Assembly: GCA_963665845.2 (NCBI GenBank)
Contig: OY762492.1
Span: forward strand, 384,001-448,000
Length of the DNA: 64,000 nt
Source of the DNA: Candidatus Poribacteria bacterium
GTDB taxonomy: Bacteria; Poribacteria; WGA-4E; GCA-2687025
Reading direction: 5' to 3'
Position 1 is the stretch's first letter. Every line of letters starts with the position of its first letter. The notes under the pieces were generated by a model. That model searched no databases. It saw nothing but the letters and a program-made list of their open reading frames with translations, and was not told where the DNA came from. Both the position numbers and the translations under genes were made by a program. Shown in pieces: positions 56,008-64,000 of the stretch.

Positions 56008-59000
56008 ATGAAAAAGCAGCTGCGTTCACTTCCGGGCATTTTGTCGACTGCAATGGCTCTCTTCGCGCTGACGCTCATTGCGCAAAACAGCCCCGCGCAA
56101 CAGGTTCTGGAAGGACATACGGATGCGCTCAGGTTCGTGGCGTATTCTCCGGACGGTCAAACGATCGCCAGCGGCGGCAGGGACGGCACGATTCGGATCT
56201 GGAACGCCGACACAGGCGCGCATCTACAAACCCTTGAGGGACATACGGGCGCGGTCATGTCCGCGGAGTATTCACCGGACGGTCAGACGCTCGCCAGCGG
56301 CGGCGGCCCCTTTGACGGCACGATTCGGACCTGGAATGTTAACACGGGAGAGAACCTACAAACCATCCAGTTAAATGTGGATTCGATCTGGTCGGTGGCA
56401 TATTCTCCGGATGGTCAGACGATCGCCAGCGGCGGCATCGATATCCCGTCGCTGCTTGAAACCTCGCTATATATCTGGGACGCCAACACAGGCGAGCAGA
56501 TATGGTCCCTCCCTGGACATTCGGGTTGGATCTGGGACGCGGCGTATTCACCGGACGGTCAGACGATCGCCAGCGCCAGCTTCGACACTACGGTTCACAT
56601 TTGGGACCCCAACACGGGAGAGTTTATACGATCCCTCCAGGGACATACGGATTCGGTCCTGTCTGTGGCGTATTCACCGGACGGTCAGACGCTCGCCAGC
56701 AGCGACATAGAGGGCGTGATTCGGATCTGGGACCCCAACACGGGGGAGAATATACGAACCATAAAGGCAATTACGGGTCCTATACCTTTGACATCTATCT
56801 GGGGCCTGGCGTATTCACCGGACGGTCAGAAGATCGCCAGCGGCGGCAATAACAACATGATACAGGTCTGGGACGCCAATACAGGGGAGCAGATCCGAGT
56901 CCTCCAGGGACATACAGATGCGGTTTTGTCCGTGGCGTATTCACCGGACGGTCAGAAGATCGCCAGCGCCAGCGGAGACAGCACGATTCGGATCTGGGAC
57001 ATCAGCCGCCCAACGGCGACCGTATCCGGCCCGAGCGGGGCGCAAACAGGCGCGTTTAATGTGACGATCGCATTCAACTCCGCCGTCACAGGTTTCACGC
57101 TGTCGGACATTGTTGTGACCAACGGCTCCGCGGCCAACCTTGCCGGCAGCGGCGCCGCCTATACAGCGACCATTGAGCCGACAAGAGACAACAGAGTAAC
57201 CGTCTCGATACCTGCCGGCGCCGTCCAAAACAAAAACGGCAAACCGAACACTGCCTCCAACACCTATGAAACGACAATCAACCGCCATGTCCTGAAAGGG
57301 CATGAGTATTCGATTCTTTCCGTGGCCTATTCTCCGGGCGGTCAGGCGATCGCCAGCAGCGACGGCGGCGGAACAATTCGGATCTGGGACGCCAAAACGG
57401 GGGCGCATCTCCGAACCCTTCAGGGACATACGGGTCCGGTCGAGTCCGTGGCGTACTCTCCGGACGGTCTGACGATCGCCAGCGCCAGCCACGACAACAC
57501 GATTCTGACCTGGGACGCCAAGACGGGGGAGCATCTCCGAACACTCCAGGGGCATACGAGTTGGGTCCATTACGCAGCCTATTCTCCGGACGGTCATACA
57601 ATCGCCAGCGCCAGCACAGAGAGCATGCGGATCTGGGACGCCAAAACGGGGGCGCATCTCCGAACACTCCATGGACATACGAATTGGGTCTATTCCGTGG
57701 CGTATTCTCCGGACAGTCAAACGATCGCCAGCGCCAGCGCAGATAAGACGATTCGAATCTGGAACCCCAACACAGGAGCGCAGATACGAACGCTCCAGGG
57801 ACATACGTCTCTGGTCTATTCCGTGGCGTATTCTCCGGACGGTCAGACAATCGCCAGCGCCAGCGCAGATAAGACGATTCGAATCTGGAACCCCAACACA
57901 GGAGCGCAGATACGAACGCTCCAGGGGCATACGGGTCCGGTCGAGTCCGCGGCGTATTCTCCGGACGGTCAAACGATCGCCAGCGCCAGCGCAGATAAGA
58001 CGATACGAATCTGGGACGCCAAAACAGGGGCGCAGATGCGAACGCTCCAGGGGCATACGGGTCCGGTCGAGTCCGCGGCGTATTCTCCGGACGGTCAAAC
58101 GATCGCCAGCGGCGGCGTAGATAGGGCGATTCGGATCTGGGCAGTCAGCTTCCGCCTAACGCCGACTGTGTCCGGCCCGAGCGGGACGCAAACAGGCGCA
58201 TTTGATGTGACGATCAAATTCAGCTCCGCCGTCACAGGTTTCGAGTCGTCCGACATTGCTGTGACCAACGGCTCCGCGACCAACCTCGCCGGCAGCGGCG
58301 CCGCCTATACAGCGACCATTGAGCCGACAAGCGACGGCAACGTAACCGTTTCGATACCTGCCGGCGCCGCCCAAGACGCCTCCGGCAAAACGAACGAGGC
58401 GTCCAACACCTATGAAGCGGCATATGACAGCGGCCCGCCGACCGTTGCCGTCACAGGGCCGGAAGGTCCGGTGACCGATACGCCGATTGAAGCGGCGGTT
58501 GAGTTTAGCGAAGATGTGACCGGCTTTGACGCGGACGATGTCTCCATCGAGGGAGGAACCGCCGCCTCGGTCAGCGGCAGCGGCAAGGCCTATACGGTCT
58601 CGGTGGACCTTGACGACGGCTTTGAAGGGGCGCTGACCATTTCCATCGCCGCCGGCGCCGCGCAGGACGCCTCCGGCAACAAGAGCTCCGCTTCCAACAC
58701 TTACTCGGTTCAAGTTGCGCTTTCTACCTCCTTCACGGTGGAACTGCGCAAGGGTCTCAATATGCTCCATGTCCCGGTGAACGATCCGCGCCTGAAGCGG
58801 TTGAGCGATCTATACGCTGTATTGGGCGGCTCTCAAGACGTCCAGTTTCTTGTGGCGTATTCTTCCGAGTCGAACCTTTTCATAGCGTATGCGGACGGCT
58901 TGGCCGGTTACGATCTTCCGTTGTCGGACGAGACTGCCGTCTTAGCGTCCATGAAAAGCGCGACGTCTGTTACGTTCACGGGCGGGCTTTTGAAGCGGGA

Positions 59001-59919
59001 GGTTCCGCTGCGCGCCGGCATCAACATGGTCGGCGTCACACGCGCCGGCGCCGTTGAGACGATCGGCGGTTTGGCGGCTCTTTCAACAGTACCGTTGAAC
59101 GTTATCGCCTTGAAGGTTGACAAATTCGGCAACGCCCTTTTTCAGCTCGCCACCGCTTCGACCGACGCGGCGAAGGGCGGCGAGGGTTATATCGTCTTCG
59201 CGGAAGCCGAAACGGTTTTGACCTTCGATGGCGGCGCTTGGAAAAATGAGCCGTCTTCCGCCGCCGCGCCTGTGAACGCGGCGGCGTATGATCCGTCTTC
59301 GACGCCGCTTCTCGTGGCGGAGGGTTCCATTGCGCGGGAGGATAATTTGACGCCGCTGAACGGTTTGGAGGTATCGATCACGAACCTGCAGACTGGACAG
59401 ACCGCGTCGGATTTGGCGGGCAGATCGTCCGTTTCGGGCCGTTTCTCCTTGCCGCTCTTGGCGTTGACAGGCGACAGCTACGCCGTCGGCGACGCGTTCG
59501 ACCTGCGTGTTTCCGATTCCAGCGGCGCGTTCGGCGGCGTCCGGACAGTCTGCATCGTACTCGACAAGGAGACCGCCTCATCGGGGCGCATCGACATCGG
59601 TCAGCTGCTGGCGACTGCAATACCGACCGAGTCGTCTCTCTTGCCGAACTACCCAAACCCGTTCAACCCCGAAACCTGGATTCCGTTCGATCTGTCGGAA
59701 GCCTCCCGCGTGAAGCTGACGATCTACAACGCCGCCGGTCAAACCGTCCGCGTTTTAGAACTGGGCGAATTGCCGGCGGGCGCCTACCGCAGCCGCGCCA
59801 AAGCCGCCCATTGGGACGGACGCAACGCCCTCGGCGAACCAGCCGCCAGCGGCATCTACTTTGTACGCATCGAGGCGGGGTCGTTTTTAGCGCTGCGGCG
59901 CATGGTCGTCTTGAAATAG
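56008..59919 (+). CDS. Secreted modular protein: two WD40 propellers, three Ig-like domains, C-terminal FlgD-Ig/T9SS-A-like domain
   Basis: AGGAG RBS, signal peptide MKKQ.., GH..WD repeats, NYPNPFNPETWIPF. Confidence 0.92.
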   Translation: MKKQLRSLPGILSTAMALFALTLIAQNSPAQQVLEGHTDALRFVAYSPDGQTIASGGRDGTIRIWNADTGAHLQTLEGHTGAVMSAEYSPDGQTLASGGGPFDGTIRTWNVNTGENLQTIQLNVDSIWSVAYSPDGQTIASGGIDIPSLLETSLYIWDANTGEQIWSLPGHSGWIWDAAYSPDGQTIASASFDTTVHIWDPNTGEFIRSLQGHTDSVLSVAYSPDGQTLASSDIEGVIRIWDPNTGENIRTIKAITGPIPLTSIWGLAYSPDGQKIASGGNNNMIQVWDANTGEQIRVLQGHTDAVLSVAYSPDGQKIASASGDSTIRIWDISRPTATVSGPSGAQTGAFNVTIAFNSAVTGFTLSDIVVTNGSAANLAGSGAAYTATIEPTRDNRVTVSIPAGAVQNKNGKPNTASNTYETTINRHVLKGHEYSILSVAYSPGGQAIASSDGGGTIRIWDAKTGAHLRTLQGHTGPVESVAYSPDGLTIASASHDNTILTWDAKTGEHLRTLQGHTSWVHYAAYSPDGHTIASASTESMRIWDAKTGAHLRTLHGHTNWVYSVAYSPDSQTIASASADKTIRIWNPNTGAQIRTLQGHTSLVYSVAYSPDGQTIASASADKTIRIWNPNTGAQIRTLQGHTGPVESAAYSPDGQTIASASADKTIRIWDAKTGAQMRTLQGHTGPVESAAYSPDGQTIASGGVDRAIRIWAVSFRLTPTVSGPSGTQTGAFDVTIKFSSAVTGFESSDIAVTNGSATNLAGSGAAYTATIEPTSDGNVTVSIPAGAAQDASGKTNEASNTYEAAYDSGPPTVAVTGPEGPVTDTPIEAAVEFSEDVTGFDADDVSIEGGTAASVSGSGKAYTVSVDLDDGFEGALTISIAAGAAQDASGNKSSASNTYSVQVALSTSFTVELRKGLNMLHVPVNDPRLKRLSDLYAVLGGSQDVQFLVAYSSESNLFIAYADGLAGYDLPLSDETAVLASMKSATSVTFTGGLLKREVPLRAGINMVGVTRAGAVETIGGLAALSTVPLNVIALKVDKFGNALFQLATASTDAAKGGEGYIVFAEAETVLTFDGGAWKNEPSSAAAPVNAAAYDPSSTPLLVAEGSIAREDNLTPLNGLEVSITNLQTGQTASDLAGRSSVSGRFSLPLLALTGDSYAVGDAFDLRVSDSSGAFGGVRTVCIVLDKETASSGRIDIGQLLATAIPTESSLLPNYPNPFNPETWIPFDLSEASRVKLTIYNAAGQTVRVLELGELPAGAYRSRAKAAHWDGRNALGEPAASGIYFVRIEAGSFLALRRMVVLK

Positions 59920-59962
59920 GGAGGGGCTAGGGGGTTTGATCGGTACCTGTTAGGCGGACAGG

Positions 59963-59991
59963 TTGACGCGCGGCGCCGTCTCGTCTATACT
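59963..59991 (+). promoter_or_regulatory. Near-consensus sigma70 promoter
   Basis: TTGACG-17 nt-TATACT. Confidence 0.75.
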
Positions 59992-60027
59992 TAGAGCCGC
60001 GTTGAACTTCCACGCGAAAGGATGATC

Positions 60028-60972
60028 ATGGAGACGCGAACGCTTTTACGACAGACGCCTATTTGGCTCGCCGCCGCTTTTTTGTTGACAGCCGCCGGGT
60101 GCGGTTCCTCTTTATACGAATACCAGTTTGAGCCGAACACGGGCAACTCGTACGAGTATACCCTCAACAACGACATGAATATCGAGCTGGGCATTTTAGG
60201 GATGGAGGTGGAGATGGAGCAGAAAGCGCGGCAAAAAGCGCGCGTTCAGTTCACAAAAGAGGACGGCGGTTTGATCTCCGCCGCCTACACCTTCACCGAA
60301 TCGGAAATAGAGCCGACCATCAAATCCGCCCTGCCCATTCCCGAAGATGAGCTGAAAGTGGTCAAGGATGTCTACAAGGCGATGATCGGGCAGCAGTTCA
60401 CGGTCGTTCTGGATGAGCGCGGGCAAGCCGTCGAGCTGAAAGGCATTAAGGAGATGGTCATGGAGATGATACGCGCCGTGGAGATGCCCGAAGAAGCGCG
60501 CGGCGCCGTCGATCAACTCATCGAATCGTCTCTCGGCGAACAGCCCATTTCCGATATGATGTCCCAGATGTTTCCGTTCATGCCTGAAGGCGAGCTGGAT
60601 GTCGGCGCCGAATGGGAGTCAACCTTGAGTACGCAGGGGTTCGCCATCGACATTCAGTGCGTCTTGACAAAGCGGGAGGACGGAATGGCGCATATCGCGT
60701 TGGAGGGCGGCCTCTCCCCAGGCGAGGCGCATCAGGCGAACCTCCCCGGCCTTGGCAGCATCGAGACCAAGTTCAAAGAGGCGGAAGGCTCCTACAAGGG
60801 CGTCTACATCGTTGATGAAGCGACGGGCCTCGCCGTCGATTATGCGATCGACATGACGTTGACCGCCGTCCTTGAGGCGACGATTGATCAGGAGGAAGGA
60901 GCGCCTGTCCCGCCTATCAATATGAAGATCAGCGGCAAGATCAGCGCCGCTCTCGCTGAACAGGCGCCTTAA
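60028..60972 (+). CDS. Lipoprotein, DUF6263-like
   Basis: Lipobox TAAGC; beta-rich body with VGAEW and DEATGL motifs. Confidence 0.7.
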   Translation: METRTLLRQTPIWLAAAFLLTAAGCGSSLYEYQFEPNTGNSYEYTLNNDMNIELGILGMEVEMEQKARQKARVQFTKEDGGLISAAYTFTESEIEPTIKSALPIPEDELKVVKDVYKAMIGQQFTVVLDERGQAVELKGIKEMVMEMIRAVEMPEEARGAVDQLIESSLGEQPISDMMSQMFPFMPEGELDVGAEWESTLSTQGFAIDIQCVLTKREDGMAHIALEGGLSPGEAHQANLPGLGSIETKFKEAEGSYKGVYIVDEATGLAVDYAIDMTLTAVLEATIDQEEGAPVPPINMKISGKISAALAEQAP

Positions 60973-60973
60973 G

Positions 60974-61430
60974 ATTCCCCCTTGAAAAGGGGGCTAGGGG
61001 GGTTTAGAGGCGGCGCAGCGGTTGCGATGCCTTAAGATTCCCGCTTACGCGGGAATGACGATGAAGGAAACGCGCGGAAATAATGACGATGAAGGAAACG
61101 CGCGGAAATAATGAGAGGCGATCGTCCGATTCTCCCTTGAAAAGGCGCGCGTCCGATTCCCCCCTTGAAAAGGGGGGTTAGGGGGTTTAACGGCCGCGGA
61201 TGATGTCTGCGGCGCTAAGATTCCCGCTTACGCGGGAATGACGAGCAGCCTAATGACGGCGTATAGGCGGGGTTTCTGGACTCCCCCCTTGAAAAGGGGG
61301 GCTAGGGGGGTTTTCCGCGGGCGCGGACGGTTTCGAGGTTGACTCTGGATTCCCGCTTACGCGGGAATGACGGTCTGGTCGGCGGAGCCTTTTCCCATGA
61401 ATAAAGGCTTTGTTTGTTCAACAGTCCTAA
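60974..61430. repeat. Repeat array between convergent genes: four CCCCTTGAAAAGGGG-type palindromes, three dRS3-like palindromes, a 28-bp tandem duplication and a degenerate CTGACC-MITE interior
   Basis: gattcccgcttacgcgggaatgac near 61036, 61219 and 61348; aatgacgatgaaggaaacgcgcggaaat at 61054 and 61082. Confidence 0.9.
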
Positions 61431-61457
61431 AAGGAGGGTATTTTGCCGCGGGGGCGG

Positions 61458-61952
61458 CTATTTGCTGCGCCCCCGCATGATCGCAATCTTGCCGGTGCGC
61501 GCCACATCCACAATGCCGTATGGGCGCAGCATATTGATGAGCGCCTCCAGCTTTCCTTCGTCGCCGGTCGTTTCGATGATGAGCGTTCCGGGCGCCACAT
61601 CCACAATGCGCGACCTAAAAATCTCCGCAATCTGAACGATTTCGCCCCGCCGCTCCGCCGGCGCCGACAGCTTGATCAAGACCAGCTCCCTGTCCACATG
61701 GTTCTTATACGTCAGATCGGAGACGCGCACCACATCGATCAGCTTGTTCAGCTGCTTCAGCGTCTGCTCAATCACCTGCTGGTCGCCGCGCGTGACGATC
61801 GTCATGCGCGACATGTTCGGGTCTAGCGTCTCGGCGACCGTCAGGCTGTTGATGTTGAAGCCTTTTCCGCTAAACAGCCCCACGATGCGCGCCAAGACGC
61901 CGAACTGATTCTCCACCACCACCGAGATCACATGCCGGCGTTCCGATTCCAT
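61458..61952 (-). CDS. ilvN: Acetolactate synthase small regulatory subunit
   Basis: ENQFGVLARI..F..KGFNINSL ACT domain; RELVLIK; ARTG. Confidence 0.95.
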   Translation of the reverse strand: MESERRHVISVVVENQFGVLARIVGLFSGKGFNINSLTVAETLDPNMSRMTIVTRGDQQVIEQTLKQLNKLIDVVRVSDLTYKNHVDRELVLIKLSAPAERRGEIVQIAEIFRSRIVDVAPGTLIIETTGDEGKLEALINMLRPYGIVDVARTGKIAIMRGRSK

Positions 61953-63652
61953 CAGGCGATGCCTCCGATCATTTCATCCAACGCCGCCCCGGCAGGCACC
62001 ATCGGATACACATTTTCCGTTTCATCCACAAGAACATCCAGCAGCGCCGGCCCGTCGTACGCAAACGCCTCTTCCAGCGCCGGGCGCAGCTCCTTCGGGT
62101 CTTTGACCGTCATTCCCTTGACGCCGAACGCCTCCGCCACCTTCGCAAAGTCCGGGTTGTCATGCAGATCGGACGCGCTGTAACGCTCCTCATACAGCAG
62201 CTCCTGCCATTGGCGCACCATTCCGAGCCAGTTGTTGTTCATGACGACCGTTTTGACCGGCAGCTTATGCGAGGCGATCGTCGTCAACTCCTGTATGTTC
62301 ATGATGATGCCGCCGTCGCCGCTGACGCAGACGACCAGCTCGTCGGGGCAGGCGAACTGCGCGCCCATCGCCGCAGGGAGTCCGTACCCCATCGTCCCAA
62401 GCCCGCCGGAGTTTAGCCATCGGCGCGGCTCGATATGCTGATAATGCTGACCGCACCACATCTGATGCTGCCCGACGTCGCTTGTCAAGATCGCCTCGCC
62501 GCGCGTCAGGTTCCAGATCTCCTCAATCAGCTGCTGCGGCATGATCACATCCGGCTTCGGCTCGTACACGAACGGGTATTTTTCTTTCCATGCCCAGCAT
62601 TGATTCCGCCACGGCTCAATCGTCGTTTTGTCGACCAGCTCCGTCAGCTTCGGCAGGATGTTTTTCACATGTCCGACGATCGGAACATCCACATGCACAT
62701 TCTTGCTGATGGCGGACGGGTCGATGTCGATATGGATGATCTTCGCATGCGGCGCAAACCGTTCCAGATTGCCGGTGACGCGGTCGTCAAAGCGCGCCCC
62801 GACCGCGATGATGAGGTCGCACTCCTGAAAGGCGTAATTTGCGGCGCGGGAGCCATGCATGCCCGGCATCTTCAGCGCGAGCGGGTCTGTTTCCGGAAAC
62901 GCGCCCAGACCCATGAGCGTCACGGTCGTTGGAATCTGCGTTTTCCAGACAAACTCGCGGAACTCGTCCGAGGCGCCGCCGAGAACGATGCCGCCGCCGC
63001 CGTACGCAAACGGCCGCTCCGCCTTCATAATCAGCTCTGCAGCTTTCTGTATCTGCTTCGGATGCCCTTCCAGCTTCGGCTTGTAGCCGACGATGTCGAC
63101 CGCGTCGGGCGTCTTAAATTCTGTTTCGTCGATCTGAATGTCTTTCGGGAAATCGATGACGACCGGTCCTGGGCGCCCCGATTCGGCGATGTGAAACGCC
63201 TCGCGCACGATGCGGGCGACATCCTTGACATCCTGTATCAGGTAGCTGTGTTTGACGATGGGGCGCGTGACGCCGATGACGTCCGTTTCTTGGAAGGCGT
63301 CGTTTCCGATCAAGTGGGACGGCACCTGCCCGCAAATCACAACCATCGGAATCGAATCCATCTGGGCGGTGGCGATGCCGGTGACGCAGTTGGTGGCTCC
63401 CGGCCCGGAGGTGACGAGCGTAACCCCCGCCTTGCCGGTGACGCGGGCGTATCCGTCGGCGGCGTGCGTCGCGCCCTGCTCATGGCGCGCCATGATGAGG
63501 CGCACCGGGTCGTCCGGGTTGGCGGCGTTGAACTTGTAGAGCGCGTCAAAAATATACAGCGCGGCGCCGCCGGAGTAGCCGAAGAGCAGGTCCACGCCTT
63601 CCCGCTTGAGCGATTCGATCAGTATTTCGCAGCCTTTGAGTTTCATGTCCAT
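61952..63652 (-). CDS. ilvB: Acetolactate synthase large subunit, biosynthetic type
   Basis: RHEQGA, TSGPGATN, GARFDDRVTG, GGLGTMGYGLP and GDG..N TPP motif. Confidence 0.97.
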   Translation of the reverse strand: MDMKLKGCEILIESLKREGVDLLFGYSGGAALYIFDALYKFNAANPDDPVRLIMARHEQGATHAADGYARVTGKAGVTLVTSGPGATNCVTGIATAQMDSIPMVVICGQVPSHLIGNDAFQETDVIGVTRPIVKHSYLIQDVKDVARIVREAFHIAESGRPGPVVIDFPKDIQIDETEFKTPDAVDIVGYKPKLEGHPKQIQKAAELIMKAERPFAYGGGGIVLGGASDEFREFVWKTQIPTTVTLMGLGAFPETDPLALKMPGMHGSRAANYAFQECDLIIAVGARFDDRVTGNLERFAPHAKIIHIDIDPSAISKNVHVDVPIVGHVKNILPKLTELVDKTTIEPWRNQCWAWKEKYPFVYEPKPDVIMPQQLIEEIWNLTRGEAILTSDVGQHQMWCGQHYQHIEPRRWLNSGGLGTMGYGLPAAMGAQFACPDELVVCVSGDGGIIMNIQELTTIASHKLPVKTVVMNNNWLGMVRQWQELLYEERYSASDLHDNPDFAKVAEAFGVKGMTVKDPKELRPALEEAFAYDGPALLDVLVDETENVYPMVPAGAALDEMIGGIA

Positions 63653-63720
63653 GTCCTCACTGGAGCGCGTCCAAACAGGCGCAGTTTATCATGTGAACGG
63701 CGTAAAAGCAGCATAGTTAG

Positions 63721-63749
63721 ATTTTATCTGAAGGAACGCGGGGCGTCAA
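63721..63749 (-). promoter_or_regulatory. Putative sigma70 promoter of ilvBN
   Basis: TTGACG-17 nt-TAAAAT on the minus strand. Confidence 0.7.
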
Positions 63750-63758
63750 GACAAATCT

Positions 63759-63946
63759 CTGACCTCATGCTTAAAGTTGGGACATTTGAACCAACGATCG
63801 CTCTATTCATGGGAAAAAGGCGCCGCCAACCAGACCGTCCCCCGCTTCCGCGCCTCTAGATTCCCGCGTAAGCGGGAATCTAGAGGCGCCGCAGAAGACG
63901 TCCGCGTTCGCATGCCGACATGTCCCAACTTAAGACGTAAGGTCAG
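63759..63946 (+). mobile_element. CTGACC-type MITE (188 bp) with 6-bp TSD aaatct
   Basis: TIRs ctgacctcatgcttaaagttgggacat / atgtcccaacttaagacgtaaggtcag; aaatct at 63753-63758 and 63947-63952. Confidence 0.9.
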
Positions 63947-63958
63947 AAATCTCTGACC

Positions 63959-64000
63959 GGCAGTCTCTATAGGCGATGATCTTGATTTTAGAGAGTCGTT
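63959..64000. mobile_element. Left end of another GGCAGT-type MITE, cut off by the window end
   Basis: ggcagtctctataggcgatgat identical to 55840-55861. Confidence 0.75.

Noticed and set aside
50293-59919. Diversity-generating retroelement acting on the WD40 or C-terminal repeats
   Set aside because: No reverse transcriptase or non-coding template repeat in the window; repeat differences are not evidently adenine-specific.
60974-61430. Possible CRISPR array or structured RNA gene
   Set aside because: Spacing is irregular and it is made of the same dispersed palindromes; no tRNA or known ncRNA features were recognised.
62435-63859. 474-aa plus-strand ORF
   Set aside because: Antisense to ilvB and runs into a MITE; a shadow ORF.

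Overview
GC-rich bacterial chromosomal segment, most consistent with a sponge-symbiont lineage such as Ca. Poribacteria. This is an inference from large WD40/Ig secreted proteins ending in an 'NYPNPFNPETWIPF' domain, a C-terminal 'VDPAGKxxxxWGxLK' motif, PhyH, PQQ-type propellers and DUF6785-type membrane proteins. Housekeeping content: gap-pgk-tpiA-secG, a stand-alone rpoB-rpoC operon, leuS-rnj and ilvB plus its small subunit. Accessory content: a DNA methyltransferase-HNH fusion with an AT-rich specificity segment; a GlmL-like ATPase module with no mutase beside it; a convergent cluster of chorismate lyase, aryl-CoA ligase, flavin halogenase-like enzyme, HemN-like radical SAM enzyme, Fe-ADH, PhyH, TonB receptor and two propellers; a probably inactive GH36 homologue; and two giant modular WD40 genes, one apparently frameshift-linked to a zinc peptidase. 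RpoB has substitutions across rifamycin-contact clusters I, II and III, and both RNA polymerase subunits carry expanded repeated inserts. Intergenic DNA is a mosaic of dRS3-like palindromes and two MITE families with visible target-site duplications. No rRNA, tRNA, CRISPR array or autonomous transposase was recognised. Functional calls come from motif reading only; no database searches were run.
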